Under the pieces are notes generated by a model, which saw nothing but the letters and a program-made list of their open reading frames with translations, was not told the DNA's origin and made no database searches. Positions 14,711 to 25,364 of a stretch of 64,000 bases of DNA are shown in pieces; position 1 is the stretch's first letter; every line of letters starts with the position of its first letter. Both the position numbers and the translations under genes were made by a program. The stretch is from positions 1 through 64,000 of IMG/VR virus record IMGVR_UViG_3300001605_000029, one strand, 5' to 3'. This DNA is from an uncultured virus (IMG/VR IMGVR_UViG_3300001605_000029) (taxonomy: Duplodnaviria > Heunggongvirae > Uroviricota > Caudoviricetes).

Positions 14711-16780
14711 TCACTTCGATGTAGCCTTGTAAGTACCGTCCCAGTCTGCAGGAAGATCTCTTGTACGCATCTCGGCAATACGCTCTTGCCATAGTGTATA
14801 GTAGTCGTCCATCTTGCCGTCAAACTCGCCTGTAAGTTCTTGACATAGCGCAACGGCCTTATCCCACTCTTGTTTGCGATAGTATTCTAACATCAGTTCA
14901 TGATGCTCTCTGGCCGAGATCCAATCTGCGGCCACAGTAACATCTGGATTGTAGAACACTGTAAAGATATTAACGCCGACGGTCTTACCTTTAACTGCAA
15001 TGCAGTCTAAAGGAATTGTAAAGTAGTTGTCTCCTACTCGAGCTTGTGTAAATTCGCTGATGATGATTAGCACACCATAGTTCTTAGTCTGCCCTTCTAG
15101 TCGTGCTGTTAAACTAACTGAGTCGCCTAGTACGTCATATCCGAATCGATCCTTACTGCCAATGTTACCGATCAGTGTCGGACCTGTGTTAATACCCAGT
15201 CCACAACCTACTAATGGCTTGCCTTCTTTAGTAAGCTCAATGTTAAACAGTTCAACAGCGTGTAACATTTCTAGTCCAGTTCGAACAGCGGCCAATACAT
15301 GATCGGGATCTTGTTCTTCTTGAATAGGAGCACCGTGTACGTGTAATGAAGCATCACCGATGAACTTGATTAGACAACCGTTGTTGCGTAGTATAGGCTC
15401 CGCAATTGCAGTCATGTAACGATTCATAGTGTTGGTAAATGCTACAACGTCATCTCCGTAAGTTTCACCTAGTCCAGTAAAGTTGCGCATGTCGCTCATT
15501 ATGATTGATAAATCTTTCTTCTCACCGCCTAGTTTAATAAAGCTAGGATCTTTTTGTAATCGTTCAACAATAACAGGGTTTACATAAGATCCAAACTGTT
15601 TCTTAATTGCAGACTTTTGTAAGAACTCACTTACAAACTTGATACCATAGGCATGCAAAGCGACCAAAGTTGTGCCAACTGCAAAGGCAGTAGCATCGAA
15701 TAAGAATAGAAGACTGCTGTAAGCATAGATACTGCCAGCAATGCCACCGCCAATAATAACAACTGTCGCTGCCAATCCCGCATAAGTCCACCTCGTTAAA
15801 AATAAAAGCAATATGCCGGCAATTAGAATAGCCATAACTTCCAAGTCATCTGCATATCCAGGACGCTGAATACTAGTACCGGATAATAGAGTACCTAACA
15901 AGCTGGCCTGCATATCCTGCGGCCAAATCTCGCCACGAGCAGTAGCTACTGGTTGAACTAGTCCCGCTGCACTCAGACCCACAATAACAACTTCGCCGTT
16001 GAAGTCTTTGGGCAATTTAGCAAGGCTATGTTGTTTAGATTGTTGACTCCAATCGATCCATACTTGGCTTAATTGATCTACATTGATACGATTCAGCTTG
16101 GGAATACGCACTGCTTCAACGCCCATGTCTGTAATCTTAACCTGTATTTTTGTATCGCCTGCTGCTAGTCTAAGTGTTTCTAATCCGATGGCAGGATGCA
16201 CCGTTTCTCCGCTTAGTATTAACAATGGCATACGGCGAACAACACCGTCTATTTCAGGAAAGGTATTTACAACACCCACACCGGCCGCACGTTCTTCTAG
16301 CATAGGCACGTTAGCGATAATGCCTGGATATTCTACTAGACTGCCTTGTGGATCAATTCCCACAATTTGTACAGCACTTCCAAATGTCTTATTCTTACCC
16401 GCAGTATTGGCAACTTGCGGCAGCACTACTGGATATTTTTCTAATGCTTGGGCCAGTTTATTATCTTGACCAAACCTATCTGCTTCAGGCATAAGGATAT
16501 TGAGCACAACAAGGCCAGCGTTTCTGTCATATAGGTCTTTAATAATGTCAGCATATAGTCCTCGAGGAAATGGAAATTGTCCATACTTGTCCAATGCAGC
16601 TTCATCTATATTAACAGTATGTACGGGAATGTCTTGTTTGGGTTGGCTAGTAATCAGTTGATCAAAATAGCGTAGTCTAACTGATTCTACAAATGCAGGA
16701 TCTGCAAATCTAACACCGGCAATTAGTACCAAGGTAATTAATGCCAGCCAGGGGCTTAGTAATATTTTTTTCATATACAT
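14711..16780 (-). CDS. CHASE2-domain class III adenylate cyclase
   Basis: VNIDEAAL..YGQFPFPR and DGVVRR (CHASE2), three TM helices, SDMRNFT, KFIGDA, YDVLGDSVSLTARLE. Confidence 0.93.
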   Translation of the reverse strand: MYMKKILLSPWLALITLVLIAGVRFADPAFVESVRLRYFDQLITSQPKQDIPVHTVNIDEAALDKYGQFPFPRGLYADIIKDLYDRNAGLVVLNILMPEADRFGQDNKLAQALEKYPVVLPQVANTAGKNKTFGSAVQIVGIDPQGSLVEYPGIIANVPMLEERAAGVGVVNTFPEIDGVVRRMPLLILSGETVHPAIGLETLRLAAGDTKIQVKITDMGVEAVRIPKLNRINVDQLSQVWIDWSQQSKQHSLAKLPKDFNGEVVIVGLSAAGLVQPVATARGEIWPQDMQASLLGTLLSGTSIQRPGYADDLEVMAILIAGILLLFLTRWTYAGLAATVVIIGGGIAGSIYAYSSLLFLFDATAFAVGTTLVALHAYGIKFVSEFLQKSAIKKQFGSYVNPVIVERLQKDPSFIKLGGEKKDLSIIMSDMRNFTGLGETYGDDVVAFTNTMNRYMTAIAEPILRNNGCLIKFIGDASLHVHGAPIQEEQDPDHVLAAVRTGLEMLHAVELFNIELTKEGKPLVGCGLGINTGPTLIGNIGSKDRFGYDVLGDSVSLTARLEGQTKNYGVLIIISEFTQARVGDNYFTIPLDCIAVKGKTVGVNIFTVFYNPDVTVAADWISAREHHELMLEYYRKQEWDKAVALCQELTGEFDGKMDDYYTLWQERIAEMRTRDLPADWDGTYKATSK

Positions 16781-16785
16781 ATTTA

Positions 16786-17079
16786 TTATACAGCCGGTTT
16801 TAAGAAAACCTGTCGATGGTTCTCACCGGTTCCTAGTACACATGCGATATCTTTGTTAAACTGCACAAGACTCCATGTTTTGGTTTTTTCGTTTACTAGC
16901 ATTACGTATCGACTACTTTGATCATTGCCGACCCAAAACGGCAGTTCTTTATAGCCATCGCCGGTTAACGTTTCTATTACTATTTTAGGGGTATCGCAGA
17001 GTACAGGTTTGTCTACGGTTACGGGCTGTGCGTATGCCAATGCGGGTAAGAGTAGAACACCGAAGATAAATTTGTGCAT
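16786..17079 (-). CDS. Small secreted hypothetical protein
   Basis: Signal peptide, two Cys. Confidence 0.75.
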   Translation of the reverse strand: MHKFIFGVLLLPALAYAQPVTVDKPVLCDTPKIVIETLTGDGYKELPFWVGNDQSSRYVMLVNEKTKTWSLVQFNKDIACVLGTGENHRQVFLKPAV

Positions 17080-17099
17080 AGTGTTCTCCTATGCTGTAT

Positions 17100-18926
17100 T
17101 TATTGTCCTTGCGTTACACTTACACTACAGCCGGATAGAGTAGCACATTGCTGTGTGATACTGTAAATTTGAGCAGTATTACCTTGTTGTATTAGTGTAG
17201 CACTGCTAGGACCTCCAGCATTGATTAAACTGATAGTAGCTTTATGTCCGGCTGCACCGCTTTGTGTAATGTTAGCATTATTTCCGTTACCCGATAATGT
17301 TAAGTCAAGATAGTGGGAACCTGTACCGTATTGTTCTACGTTAAACACGTCTTGATTTCCTGTAACACTTATAAATGCCTGTTTCCCACTGTTATTGCTT
17401 TGTTTAACAGTTCCATTATTTTGACTGCCTTGTACTCCGACATACATAAAATGTCCGCTTGATGCGCCGTTATCGTTGCCCTGGCGTAAGAGTATTGTGT
17501 TGCTATCGCCGGTTACGTTTAACATGGTAATATGTCCACCACTTTCCAAACCATCTCTGGCTCCTGTACTTGTATTACGAGCTTGATCAATAGTTACATT
17601 ATTCCCGTTTCCTTGAACATATAACTCTACTAGATTTCTCCCAGATAGGGTATCGCCTTGATTAATAGTAACACTAGTTCCGAAACCTGCAACACGAGCA
17701 TCGCCGCCACTTAGACCTTGAATACGATTGTAGTTACCAACTTGTTCGATAGTAACTGAGTTTCCAGAACCGTCACTATATAAGTCAATCCTGTTGCCCA
17801 AGCCGTTTGCGTTTCTACGAACTTGAGCAGCATTTAATAGTGTCTGCTGTGCGGCGGTTATCTCACTACTCATACAATCGCCGCACACACTACCTGGTTG
17901 TCCGGGGTTAGCGGGAGTCGATCCTGCTGCTAAGTCTGTGCTAGTGATTCCGTCATTTAAATCATAGTAGTAGGTAACTTCAGCAATCTGCATACTGTTA
18001 CAATTTTCGCCGCAACCTTCACCGGCTTTAGTAGTAGGAAATAGTATAAAGTAATAGACGTAAGCAGTGGTATTTGCTACTTCGATCTCGGGACTGGTCC
18101 AAAATCTAGTTTCACTTAAACTCAAAGTATCCTGTTTGATCAAGGTCCAATTAACGCCATCGTTTGATCCGTACAATTTGTAACTAGTAGGATCTCGACC
18201 ACTAAAATCATTGGCAGTTGTGATGGTAAATTTTTGAACCACCCGACCTTGACTTAACCTCACCGTGACACCGGCATTCTTTTTGTCAAAGTTTAGATAC
18301 TTAGTGCTTGTATTACCGTCAAAGGCCTGTGCAGCACCTTCGCCTGGCGGGCTGTTATTGCTAGTGGGATAAATGTTATTGATAACAACTGGACTACTGT
18401 TTGTTCTGATAACTTTCCAATCAATAGTCGGTGCTGTTGGCTGCGCTGTTTCACCTGCTGCTAATGGTGTTGAACTAGCATAGGTATAGTTATTTAGGTC
18501 ACTGCTGGTAACATCGGTATCCATATTGGTAAATGTAGCACTGTCACCGTAGTTATATCCTTGTGCTGTTGTGATAACATTACCAAAGAATCCTGATCCA
18601 ATGTAGAAGATAGCACCATTACCTAGAGCAGTAATATCTCCAGTGTCGTGTACGATGCTGTGCTGTGTGCCGTTGCTGTTCATTAACTTTAATCCGTATG
18701 TTCCCGGATTAGTTGTGCTAGCAAAGAACTGAAAGTATTGTCCGCTACTAACAGTAACAGTTTGGAAGTCTTTGTTGTAAGGAGCGATGAAGTTACTAGC
18801 ATTAAGAGTGTTACCATTCCACCAGTATTGCACATCGAATATTTGATTGATGCCAAATTTGCCGTCAGTAATAGCACCAAAGGCATTGGAACATAAGAAC
18901 ATCAAGGTTAATAATATCTTTTTCAT
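17100..18926 (-). CDS. Secreted protein with discoidin/F5-8-like domain and C-terminal curlin-like repeats
   Basis: AFDGNTSTKYL...TANDFSGRDP..YKLYGSNDG; repeats GNGNNVTIDQ, GNGNNANITQ. Confidence 0.8.
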   Translation of the reverse strand: MKKILLTLMFLCSNAFGAITDGKFGINQIFDVQYWWNGNTLNASNFIAPYNKDFQTVTVSSGQYFQFFASTTNPGTYGLKLMNSNGTQHSIVHDTGDITALGNGAIFYIGSGFFGNVITTAQGYNYGDSATFTNMDTDVTSSDLNNYTYASSTPLAAGETAQPTAPTIDWKVIRTNSSPVVINNIYPTSNNSPPGEGAAQAFDGNTSTKYLNFDKKNAGVTVRLSQGRVVQKFTITTANDFSGRDPTSYKLYGSNDGVNWTLIKQDTLSLSETRFWTSPEIEVANTTAYVYYFILFPTTKAGEGCGENCNSMQIAEVTYYYDLNDGITSTDLAAGSTPANPGQPGSVCGDCMSSEITAAQQTLLNAAQVRRNANGLGNRIDLYSDGSGNSVTIEQVGNYNRIQGLSGGDARVAGFGTSVTINQGDTLSGRNLVELYVQGNGNNVTIDQARNTSTGARDGLESGGHITMLNVTGDSNTILLRQGNDNGASSGHFMYVGVQGSQNNGTVKQSNNSGKQAFISVTGNQDVFNVEQYGTGSHYLDLTLSGNGNNANITQSGAAGHKATISLINAGGPSSATLIQQGNTAQIYSITQQCATLSGCSVSVTQGQ

Positions 18927-20074
18927 CTAAAGTTCTGATTGATAACAATCTGTCCTTGTGGCTTACCCGCTGAGAAATTCCAACTATTAGTCTGCATGTC
19001 TTGTGTAACAACTACTAATGCCTGTGTGTTCAACGGCATAACAACATTGGCGTAGTTACGGCTATTAGGACTTAGACTTTCGTACATCCAGCCAATCTGT
19101 TGTGTTTCACTTTTGTCTTTGAACAGCTTCTTAACGTAGGGATTGTCAGTTTCGCCCACTGCTGCTACATCATTGATTACAGCGTCTTTGTTCTTTTGTT
19201 CTGGAATGCTGTTGGCAGAGGTTGTGGTTTTTTCTTCATCATCGTCATTTGAAGAATTTCGATTCTTTGCCTTTGCAGTAATTGAGTCGTTTTTAACAGC
19301 GACGGTCTGTTTCTCATCATCCTTTAAATCGTCTTTCTTATCTTCTCTTTTAGCATCACCGGTGGCTACTGCTGCGGCTCTGGCCGCAACTATAACATTT
19401 ACTCCTGTGGTAGTCTGTGGAGGATTGATTATTAAGTTGTTGCCAATGGCCATACCGTTAAGTGCAACTATCACCGCCGGGCTCGGAACGCCGTTAATTG
19501 TTTCGACTAGCGTAGCCTGATAAGGACGATTTAGTTGAACTATACCAGACGGTGTTTCGACATCAATAGCACCACTGCCACAAGATAGTCCGTTTTAGGT
19601 TGATGTTCTGTTCTATTTCACATGTGGGCATCAGCATGATCATACTGCTGCCGGTTTCACTCACTGCCATAACAAAGTCTGTACCACGAACAGCAATGGC
19701 CGCAGTAGGCGTGTTGAGTTTTTACATTCTTAGGATCTTTGGCAATAGCACCCGATACATACCGTACTGTTCCTGCCGCAGCTTTAAGTCCCAACTTACC
19801 GGCACCGCGTTTTAGGATCATATACAAAGTCATCGATAACTAAACTACTAGATTCAGTAACAGTGACATTAGTAGCATCCTTAAAAACAATCTTAACTCG
19901 ACCATTCTTAGTTTCAACCTTGTCGTTGATTTTGATCTCTGTACCTTTTGATACTTGTATAGTATCCTTACCGCGCTTGATGATAGACGTGCCCGTAGAT
20001 TCAGTAACGGAACCAATGTCCGCCCAAGCTGAAGTGGCTATCAACAAGCCTGCGATAAGAGCAGCAACTCTCAT
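18923..20074 (-). CDS. FecR-domain protein, frameshifted
   Basis: IGSVTES...DKVET...IVFKD...VTESSSLVIDDFVYD; TPTAAIAVRGTDF in another frame. Confidence 0.8.
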
Positions 20075-20083
20075 TGCTGCTCC

Positions 20084-20872
20084 TTAGTTCTTCTGCGTGA
20101 TATTAAATGTACCGCTGTTAGATACACTCTTAATGTTCAACACATTGTCAACAGTTCCAGTTTGTGCAATAGTTAAATTGTTACTGTTACCAGCCAAGTC
20201 GACCCATATGCTAGATCCAGCAGCACCAGTGCTACGTTGATTAATGTTGAATGTGTTTGTATCACCGACAACTTTAATAGTTTGTGTATGTTTGTCACCG
20301 ATGGTATCGATGCGGAATACGTTGCTGTTACCTGCAACATCGATTGCACTCTTAAGATCGTCCCCAGTGCCACGGAATTGTAAGTCGTTACTGTTTCCAG
20401 TAAACTTCCAATTAAGGTCAGCAGCCTTACATCCCGATAGTGCAGTAGTGCCATCGCTAGCATTACCGTAGCCGCAAGCTGCATCCACAATATTGGTATT
20501 TCCAATTTGTTGGACAGTAATGTTAACACCTTGCCCAGTACCAGTAGTGTTGTTTACTGCTTCTAAGTTAATTTCGTTAGTTGCGCCAATCTGACGAGTG
20601 ACTACAGTTTGACCAATACCACGTAGATATACTGGCCGCTGTGCAGAACCAGCTTTGTTACCACTACCATCTTGTGTCATATTGACATTAGGATTGTCGC
20701 CGCTTTGATCGATAAAAATTCGATTGGTTGTAGCAGTAGACAATGCTGCTGTTGCGTTTGGGCTAACAGTGATCATTGCAGGTATTGTTGGTGCAGCAGG
20801 GGCAGACACCGCAGTCTGGGCCATTACTGGAAATGCTGCTGCTAATAAGATTGTTATAATTGTTTTTTTCAT
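20084..20872 (-). CDS. Curlin-repeat (CsgA/CsgB-like) secreted protein
   Basis: Signal peptide, Q-x-G-x-x-N beta-solenoid repeats, next to csgG. Confidence 0.7.
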   Translation of the reverse strand: MKKTIITILLAAAFPVMAQTAVSAPAAPTIPAMITVSPNATAALSTATTNRIFIDQSGDNPNVNMTQDGSGNKAGSAQRPVYLRGIGQTVVTRQIGATNEINLEAVNNTTGTGQGVNITVQQIGNTNIVDAACGYGNASDGTTALSGCKAADLNWKFTGNSNDLQFRGTGDDLKSAIDVAGNSNVFRIDTIGDKHTQTIKVVGDTNTFNINQRSTGAAGSSIWVDLAGNSNNLTIAQTGTVDNVLNIKSVSNSGTFNITQKN

Positions 20873-20905
20873 TTTTTATCGCTCCCGGTATTATCCGATT
20901 TTACT

Positions 20906-21814
20906 TTACTTTTTGCCTGCTCCAGCATCCTTTCCGTCGCTGGGCTGTGCTGACGATGCGGAAGGTGCTTTGGCGGCTCCTTCACGTGGGGTTTCCTTTT
21001 GAACCAACTCATTTGTTCGCTCCTTGAATTTCCACAAGTTTTGACGCTCGCCTTTGTTGATTAATTCTACAACTGCGGTTTCAATCGCTGAACGCAGTGC
21101 ATAATTACCTGGCTCGTTAAATGTTTGGCTGCTGTCAAATTCAAATGCTCGTGTTGCCTGATTGAAAAATTTCAATGCCGTAGTGCCATCAGCAGTACTG
21201 AGCAAGTTCTTTTCCACGGTAACAGTGGTTAATACTTCCCCGGTTTGAACACTGACTAGGCGTAAACTGATAACCACGATATCTTGAGTGTAGGCAGTTT
21301 GCGCTCCAATACCTAACCAACGTGCTCCAGTACCACCTGTTAGTGTGTTGCTGTTGTAGTCAATAATGCCGCCTTCTAGAATAACACCGGCCATTTGCAA
21401 TGGAGGTAAAGGTTTAGCATTCGCGCCTTCGTAGATCTCACGTGTCTGTTTGATCATCTGACGCTCTTTTAACAAGTTGTCAAGACCAACACGTTCAACA
21501 ACTGTGAACCATTGACGGTTTCCGACTTCTTGCAAACTTTTCATCAAGTATGCTTCTGCACCTTGTGTAACTGCGGTCGAGAACAAACTCAATGTTGAAC
21601 TTGGCTTACGCTGTCCTGTCAGGTCTTTGAAGCCATATACTGCCACTGTTACTGCTGGACCTGCTGGGCTGGGTACGTTTGCAAAACTTTTATTGATCGT
21701 TTCACTGACTCGAGCTTCTTCTTTAATCTGTGTGCTGCCCCATGGACGTACAGTTGAGCAGCCAGCTAGGGTTACAATTGCTAGTGTGATTAAGGATAAT
21801 TTAATTGCTTTCAT
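20906..21814 (-). CDS. csgG: Curli secretion lipoprotein CsgG
   Basis: Lipobox LAGC, VAVYGFKDLTGQRK, FSTAVTQG, WFTVVERVGLDNLLKERQ. Confidence 0.93.
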   Translation of the reverse strand: MKAIKLSLITLAIVTLAGCSTVRPWGSTQIKEEARVSETINKSFANVPSPAGPAVTVAVYGFKDLTGQRKPSSTLSLFSTAVTQGAEAYLMKSLQEVGNRQWFTVVERVGLDNLLKERQMIKQTREIYEGANAKPLPPLQMAGVILEGGIIDYNSNTLTGGTGARWLGIGAQTAYTQDIVVISLRLVSVQTGEVLTTVTVEKNLLSTADGTTALKFFNQATRAFEFDSSQTFNEPGNYALRSAIETAVVELINKGERQNLWKFKERTNELVQKETPREGAAKAPSASSAQPSDGKDAGAGKK

Positions 21815-21823
21815 TTTTACTCC

Positions 21824-22314
21824 TTAAAAACTAAAACTTGCAATCGGAACTATAACTGTAGTTACAGTGCCCTTAGCATCTACTACAGTTAGTGTAACTT
21901 TGTCATCGGCCTTGCGCCAAGTAACTGTATTACCGTCTAACACAAAATTACCTGTTGCAGGATTTACACAATCTGGAATAGCTGACCCATCAGGTGCTGC
22001 ACATCGGTTAGTGAACAAGTTGTTGCTCAACTGTGTTGCTAACTGTGCATAGACCTGACTTTGGAATAGACTCATAAATCTATTCAACGGTGTGTTTAAT
22101 AGGTCAGCTTCTGCTTTGGCAATAGCTTGCTTTTTTATCAGCTTCTATTGCATCACGACGACTCTTTTCGATACTGTCGATCGTCAAGACGTGACTGCTG
22201 AATCCGATGCCGCTAAAGGCTGGTATTTTTAAATTGGTGTACTAATTCTGCATGTACATTAGTAGAAGTCATGGCCGCTACTAATATTCCTAATGATATT
22301 AGGGTTTTGGTCAT
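21824..22314 (-). CDS. csgF: Curli assembly protein CsgF-like, frameshifted
   Basis: Signal peptide then ELVHQF..PAFSG; SQVYAQLATQL; directly upstream of csgG. Confidence 0.72.
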
Positions 22315-22372
22315 CCGATTCGCTCCCGGTTACTGAGTATTTATCAGAACTCGAGATAAGATAACAATACTG

Positions 22373-22744
22373 TTAACTTAGCAAATATAGCACTATTAAC
22401 AAATAACAGGTCTGATGAGCCAATTGATCCAGCCCAAATTGATTCCAGAACATTGGATTTGTGTTATCTTTGCAACCAAATTTTACTTTAGTAAAGTCTA
22501 TGAGGTAGTGTACAATTGCTTCGGCAATAGCAATCACTATAATAAGCCACCAAATGATAGGAGTCATTATTACACTGAAAAATAACAATGCAAGCATCGA
22601 TCCCCACATATGATCAATACTATGACTAAGACCTATAGGATCTAACCATATGCCCTTCTTAACAGTTTGCATATAGGTTTGAATTTTAAAATCAGCATAC
22701 CAGTGCTTGATTTGTAAAAGGAAGAGAAGTACGATGATTTCCAT
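22373..22744 (-). CDS. DUF3307-like membrane protein
   Basis: KHWYADF, HYLIDFTK, GLDQLAH motifs. Confidence 0.75.
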   Translation of the reverse strand: MEIIVLLFLLQIKHWYADFKIQTYMQTVKKGIWLDPIGLSHSIDHMWGSMLALLFFSVIMTPIIWWLIIVIAIAEAIVHYLIDFTKVKFGCKDNTNPMFWNQFGLDQLAHQTCYLLIVLYLLS

Positions 22745-22793
22745 AAACTATTTATGTAAGTAGTTAATGAAGCTGGATGCAAATCTGAATAAA

Positions 22794-23009
22794 TTAGCTT
22801 AATTTTACAGAATTTGGACGTCCAAACGCTCGAATTGCAGTAGTTGCCTTTTGATCAAATCCGCGACCACTGCGGTCGTATTGAGGTAGATACCATCTCC
22901 CGGTTCGATCTTGTCTCATACCAAGTTCTTGAGCAAGTTGCTGATCAGTTACATTAAAGTAATGCAATACGATCAGCGTTGGGCGAGATTCTATTTCTGT
23001 GAAGCGCAT
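22794..23009 (-). CDS. Hypothetical protein
   Basis: MRFTEI N-terminus, upstream ATAAATA. Confidence 0.7.
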   Translation of the reverse strand: MRFTEIESRPTLIVLHYFNVTDQQLAQELGMRQDRTGRWYLPQYDRSGRGFDQKATTAIRAFGRPNSVKLS

Positions 23010-23019
23010 CTAATATTTA

Positions 23020-23700
23020 TTAGATTTCCGGAAACAAACACTGTTGTATAAACACTCGTACATCTTCCTCACTTAGTCCCAAGCTAACCATAACTTTCGG
23101 AGTGTGTGGATTCATTTTTTGATTTTGCGCATAATAATTCTGTGCATCAGTAGTGTTGTTAGCTGTGTTATTAGACTCGCCTACGGTATCTAGATAATGA
23201 TTGATTCCGTGTCTAGCCATAGTAGCTAACTGAGTCAATTCGTTCGGGTCACTAACATTTCCGGCAGCAATCATATTGCTACTAAAGATTCTTTCGGCCC
23301 AATCTGGCAATTTTCTCTTTTTATTCCATTCTAGTTTGTTGGCTTCGTCGGCAAAATATTCTAACATAGGATGTTCGAGATCCCCTGCAGGACTATAATC
23401 AAAGAAACATCCTGTGATTTTATTCTTCCCAGCAATTACATCAAACCCGAAAATGGGTGCTGGGTTGTGAGTATGGGGGAACACGCAGCAATGCATCATC
23501 CAAAGACCTCGAGTCTCGCGAGCATCAACTACGTCGATGTGTGCTCGGCGATATTGACTACTAGCCCATACTTTATTGACCCAGCCCGGCTGATTAAATC
23601 GATCCATTCCCGGCTCGTGTATGATACTACCGGTAGCATAAAATTTACTCTCAAAATACTGTTCGATTTCGATTAGAGTATTCCAAACATTACTTTCCAT
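23020..23700 (-). CDS. pcyX: Ferredoxin-dependent bilin reductase (PcyA/PcyX-like)
   Basis: MHCCVFP...PIFGFDVIAG...DYSP, RKLPDWAERIFS, QKMNPHT. Confidence 0.85.
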   Translation of the reverse strand: MESNVWNTLIEIEQYFESKFYATGSIIHEPGMDRFNQPGWVNKVWASSQYRRAHIDVVDARETRGLWMMHCCVFPHTHNPAPIFGFDVIAGKNKITGCFFDYSPAGDLEHPMLEYFADEANKLEWNKKRKLPDWAERIFSSNMIAAGNVSDPNELTQLATMARHGINHYLDTVGESNNTANNTTDAQNYYAQNQKMNPHTPKVMVSLGLSEEDVRVFIQQCLFPEI

Positions 23701-24235
23701 TATATAAATCTCGCATCATTTTAATAGCGTACTCAAAAGCTACACGAGCTTCGTCGCCGAGATCGTCTGTAAGAGTATCTCTAATGGCTAATTTCATTGC
23801 ATTGGCATTTTCAAAATCATAAAACTTGCCGCTACTAATGTGCGCTACCTGTTTCTTAATAATTTGCCCACCGAACAAATCTCCCATATGTCGGCAATAC
23901 AAATGAGCTTTAACTAGTTGTTTGCGGTTGGGATCGTTTCCTAGCAAATGTAGATATGTTTGATATTCTAATGTTGCTGGTGTTAGATAACAATATGATC
24001 CGTCGTCTAATTCTAAAAAATCAGCAAGGATACCTTTTAGTCTAGGGAGGTCAGGCATAGTATCAAGAAACCCTTGACGCTTGCAGTACCATTCAATTGG
24101 ATCATAAATCGCCAGCAAGTTATATAGATAATTTCTATAATCTTCTTTGCTTATTTTTCCACTAAGTAACATTTTGGCAAACGTAGTAGTTTCTGCTTCG
24201 TGATGTAGATCACTAGTTATTTCTCTTAAACTCAT
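23690..24235 (-). CDS. hemO: Heme oxygenase
   Basis: LREITSDLHHEAE, AHLYCRHMGDLFGGQII, EARVAF. Confidence 0.92.
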   Translation of the reverse strand: MSLREITSDLHHEAETTTFAKMLLSGKISKEDYRNYLYNLLAIYDPIEWYCKRQGFLDTMPDLPRLKGILADFLELDDGSYCYLTPATLEYQTYLHLLGNDPNRKQLVKAHLYCRHMGDLFGGQIIKKQVAHISSGKFYDFENANAMKLAIRDTLTDDLGDEARVAFEYAIKMMRDLYNGK

Positions 24236-24261
24236 TATAGTTTCTTTCTTAATAAGAGTAT

Positions 24262-24525
24262 TTAACGGCGATTAAATTTTAGTAGGAAAAATAAGAGATC
24301 GCGTTCGTCGTCTAATTTAAGAATATATTCGTAATCGGAAGATTGTTGAAATTGCCATCGTATGCCCAATGGCCCAAATAAATTTTCTACTTCTTTAATG
24401 AAGAGCCTTCTTCCCTTGCGCCCTCCACGGACGACATCTGATCGCATATCCAAGAATACGATCCAGTTGCCGTACCGACTGCTTAGATTATTATAATACT
24501 TAACAATCCTGAACGCATCTTTCAT
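24262..24525 (-). CDS. F.LKW-family protein
   Basis: C-terminus LDDERDLLFFLLKF. Confidence 0.65.
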   Translation of the reverse strand: MKDAFRIVKYYNNLSSRYGNWIVFLDMRSDVVRGGRKGRRLFIKEVENLFGPLGIRWQFQQSSDYEYILKLDDERDLLFFLLKFNRR

Positions 24526-24821
24526 TCTTCTTCAATAGTGACCTGTAACGGATGGCCGTTGAGTCTTGCCGATTGTGTGGCATCAATACCTCGTTGTTCG
24601 GCAATTTCATGACTGTACACACCCACTACAGCACTACCAGTATTATGAATTTCTAATGTAATATCTTTCGCCGAAGATTCGGTATGCTTAAAGATGGTGG
24701 TTAACAATTCCATAACAAACTCCATAGGTGTGTGGTCATCGTTAAGGAACAGCACTTTCCACATACCGGGGGGTTTAATAGCAATTGCAATTTTTTCGTC
24801 AATCTTTACTTCTGTAGTCAT
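24522..24821 (-). CDS. clpS: Clp protease adaptor ClpS
   Basis: WKVLFLNDDHTPMEFV, EIHNTG, HPLQ. Confidence 0.95.
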   Translation of the reverse strand: MTTEVKIDEKIAIAIKPPGMWKVLFLNDDHTPMEFVMELLTTIFKHTESSAKDITLEIHNTGSAVVGVYSHEIAEQRGIDATQSARLNGHPLQVTIEEE

Positions 24822-24865
24822 CTTTTTCTCCGTTTACGTAGAGGGGATTGCTCCCCTCTAATTAT

Positions 24866-25303
24866 TTACTTGACTTCGACCACGTCGATAATGCGAGGTT
24901 TTGCCGATTCTGGAATTTCGCGTTCAATGCGAATAGACAGAACACCGTTTTTAATCTCGGCCGAAACTATTTTCATATGTTCAGCAAGAGTAAATGTGCG
25001 CTCAAAGTCTCTCAATGCTAGACCTCTATGCAAGAATTCAGCCGTAGTGTCCTCGTCCTTGTTGCGTTGTCCAACAATGTTCAACTTATCTTGTTCTACA
25101 GTTACAGTAATCTCATTTTTTTCAAATCCAGTAACTGCAATTTCAATCTCGTAGAGATTTTCTTGCAGTCTGCAGATATTGTATGGAGGGTAGTTATTTG
25201 TAACTTGGCTAGCAAACCTACGTTCCATATCGTCAAAAATTCGATCAAAACCTACTAATGCCCTATTTAGAGCCTGTGTGTCAAAACGTTGTAATTGTGT
25301 CAT
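24866..25303 (-). CDS. Small heat-shock protein (Hsp20/IbpA-like)
   Basis: NYPPYNI, FLHRGLALRDFERTFTL, NGVLSI; start MTQLQ after AAGGAG. Confidence 0.93.
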   Translation of the reverse strand: MTQLQRFDTQALNRALVGFDRIFDDMERRFASQVTNNYPPYNICRLQENLYEIEIAVTGFEKNEITVTVEQDKLNIVGQRNKDEDTTAEFLHRGLALRDFERTFTLAEHMKIVSAEIKNGVLSIRIEREIPESAKPRIIDVVEVK

Positions 25304-25309
25304 TTGTTT

Positions 25310-25328
25310 TCTCCTTATAAAGTAAGAT
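25310..25328 (-). promoter_or_regulatory. ROSE-like RBS hairpin of hsp20
   Basis: ATCTTACTTTATAAGGAGA; TCTTACTT pairs with AAGGAGA. Confidence 0.55.
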
Positions 25329-25364
25329 GACATAGGGGCCCTATAAGGTACCCCTGATTGATAA

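Noticed and set aside
23020..24235. Cyanophage assignment from bilin genes
   Set aside because: No psbA, hli or cpeT in view; DnaK, AhpF and the tmRNA tag look proteobacterial.
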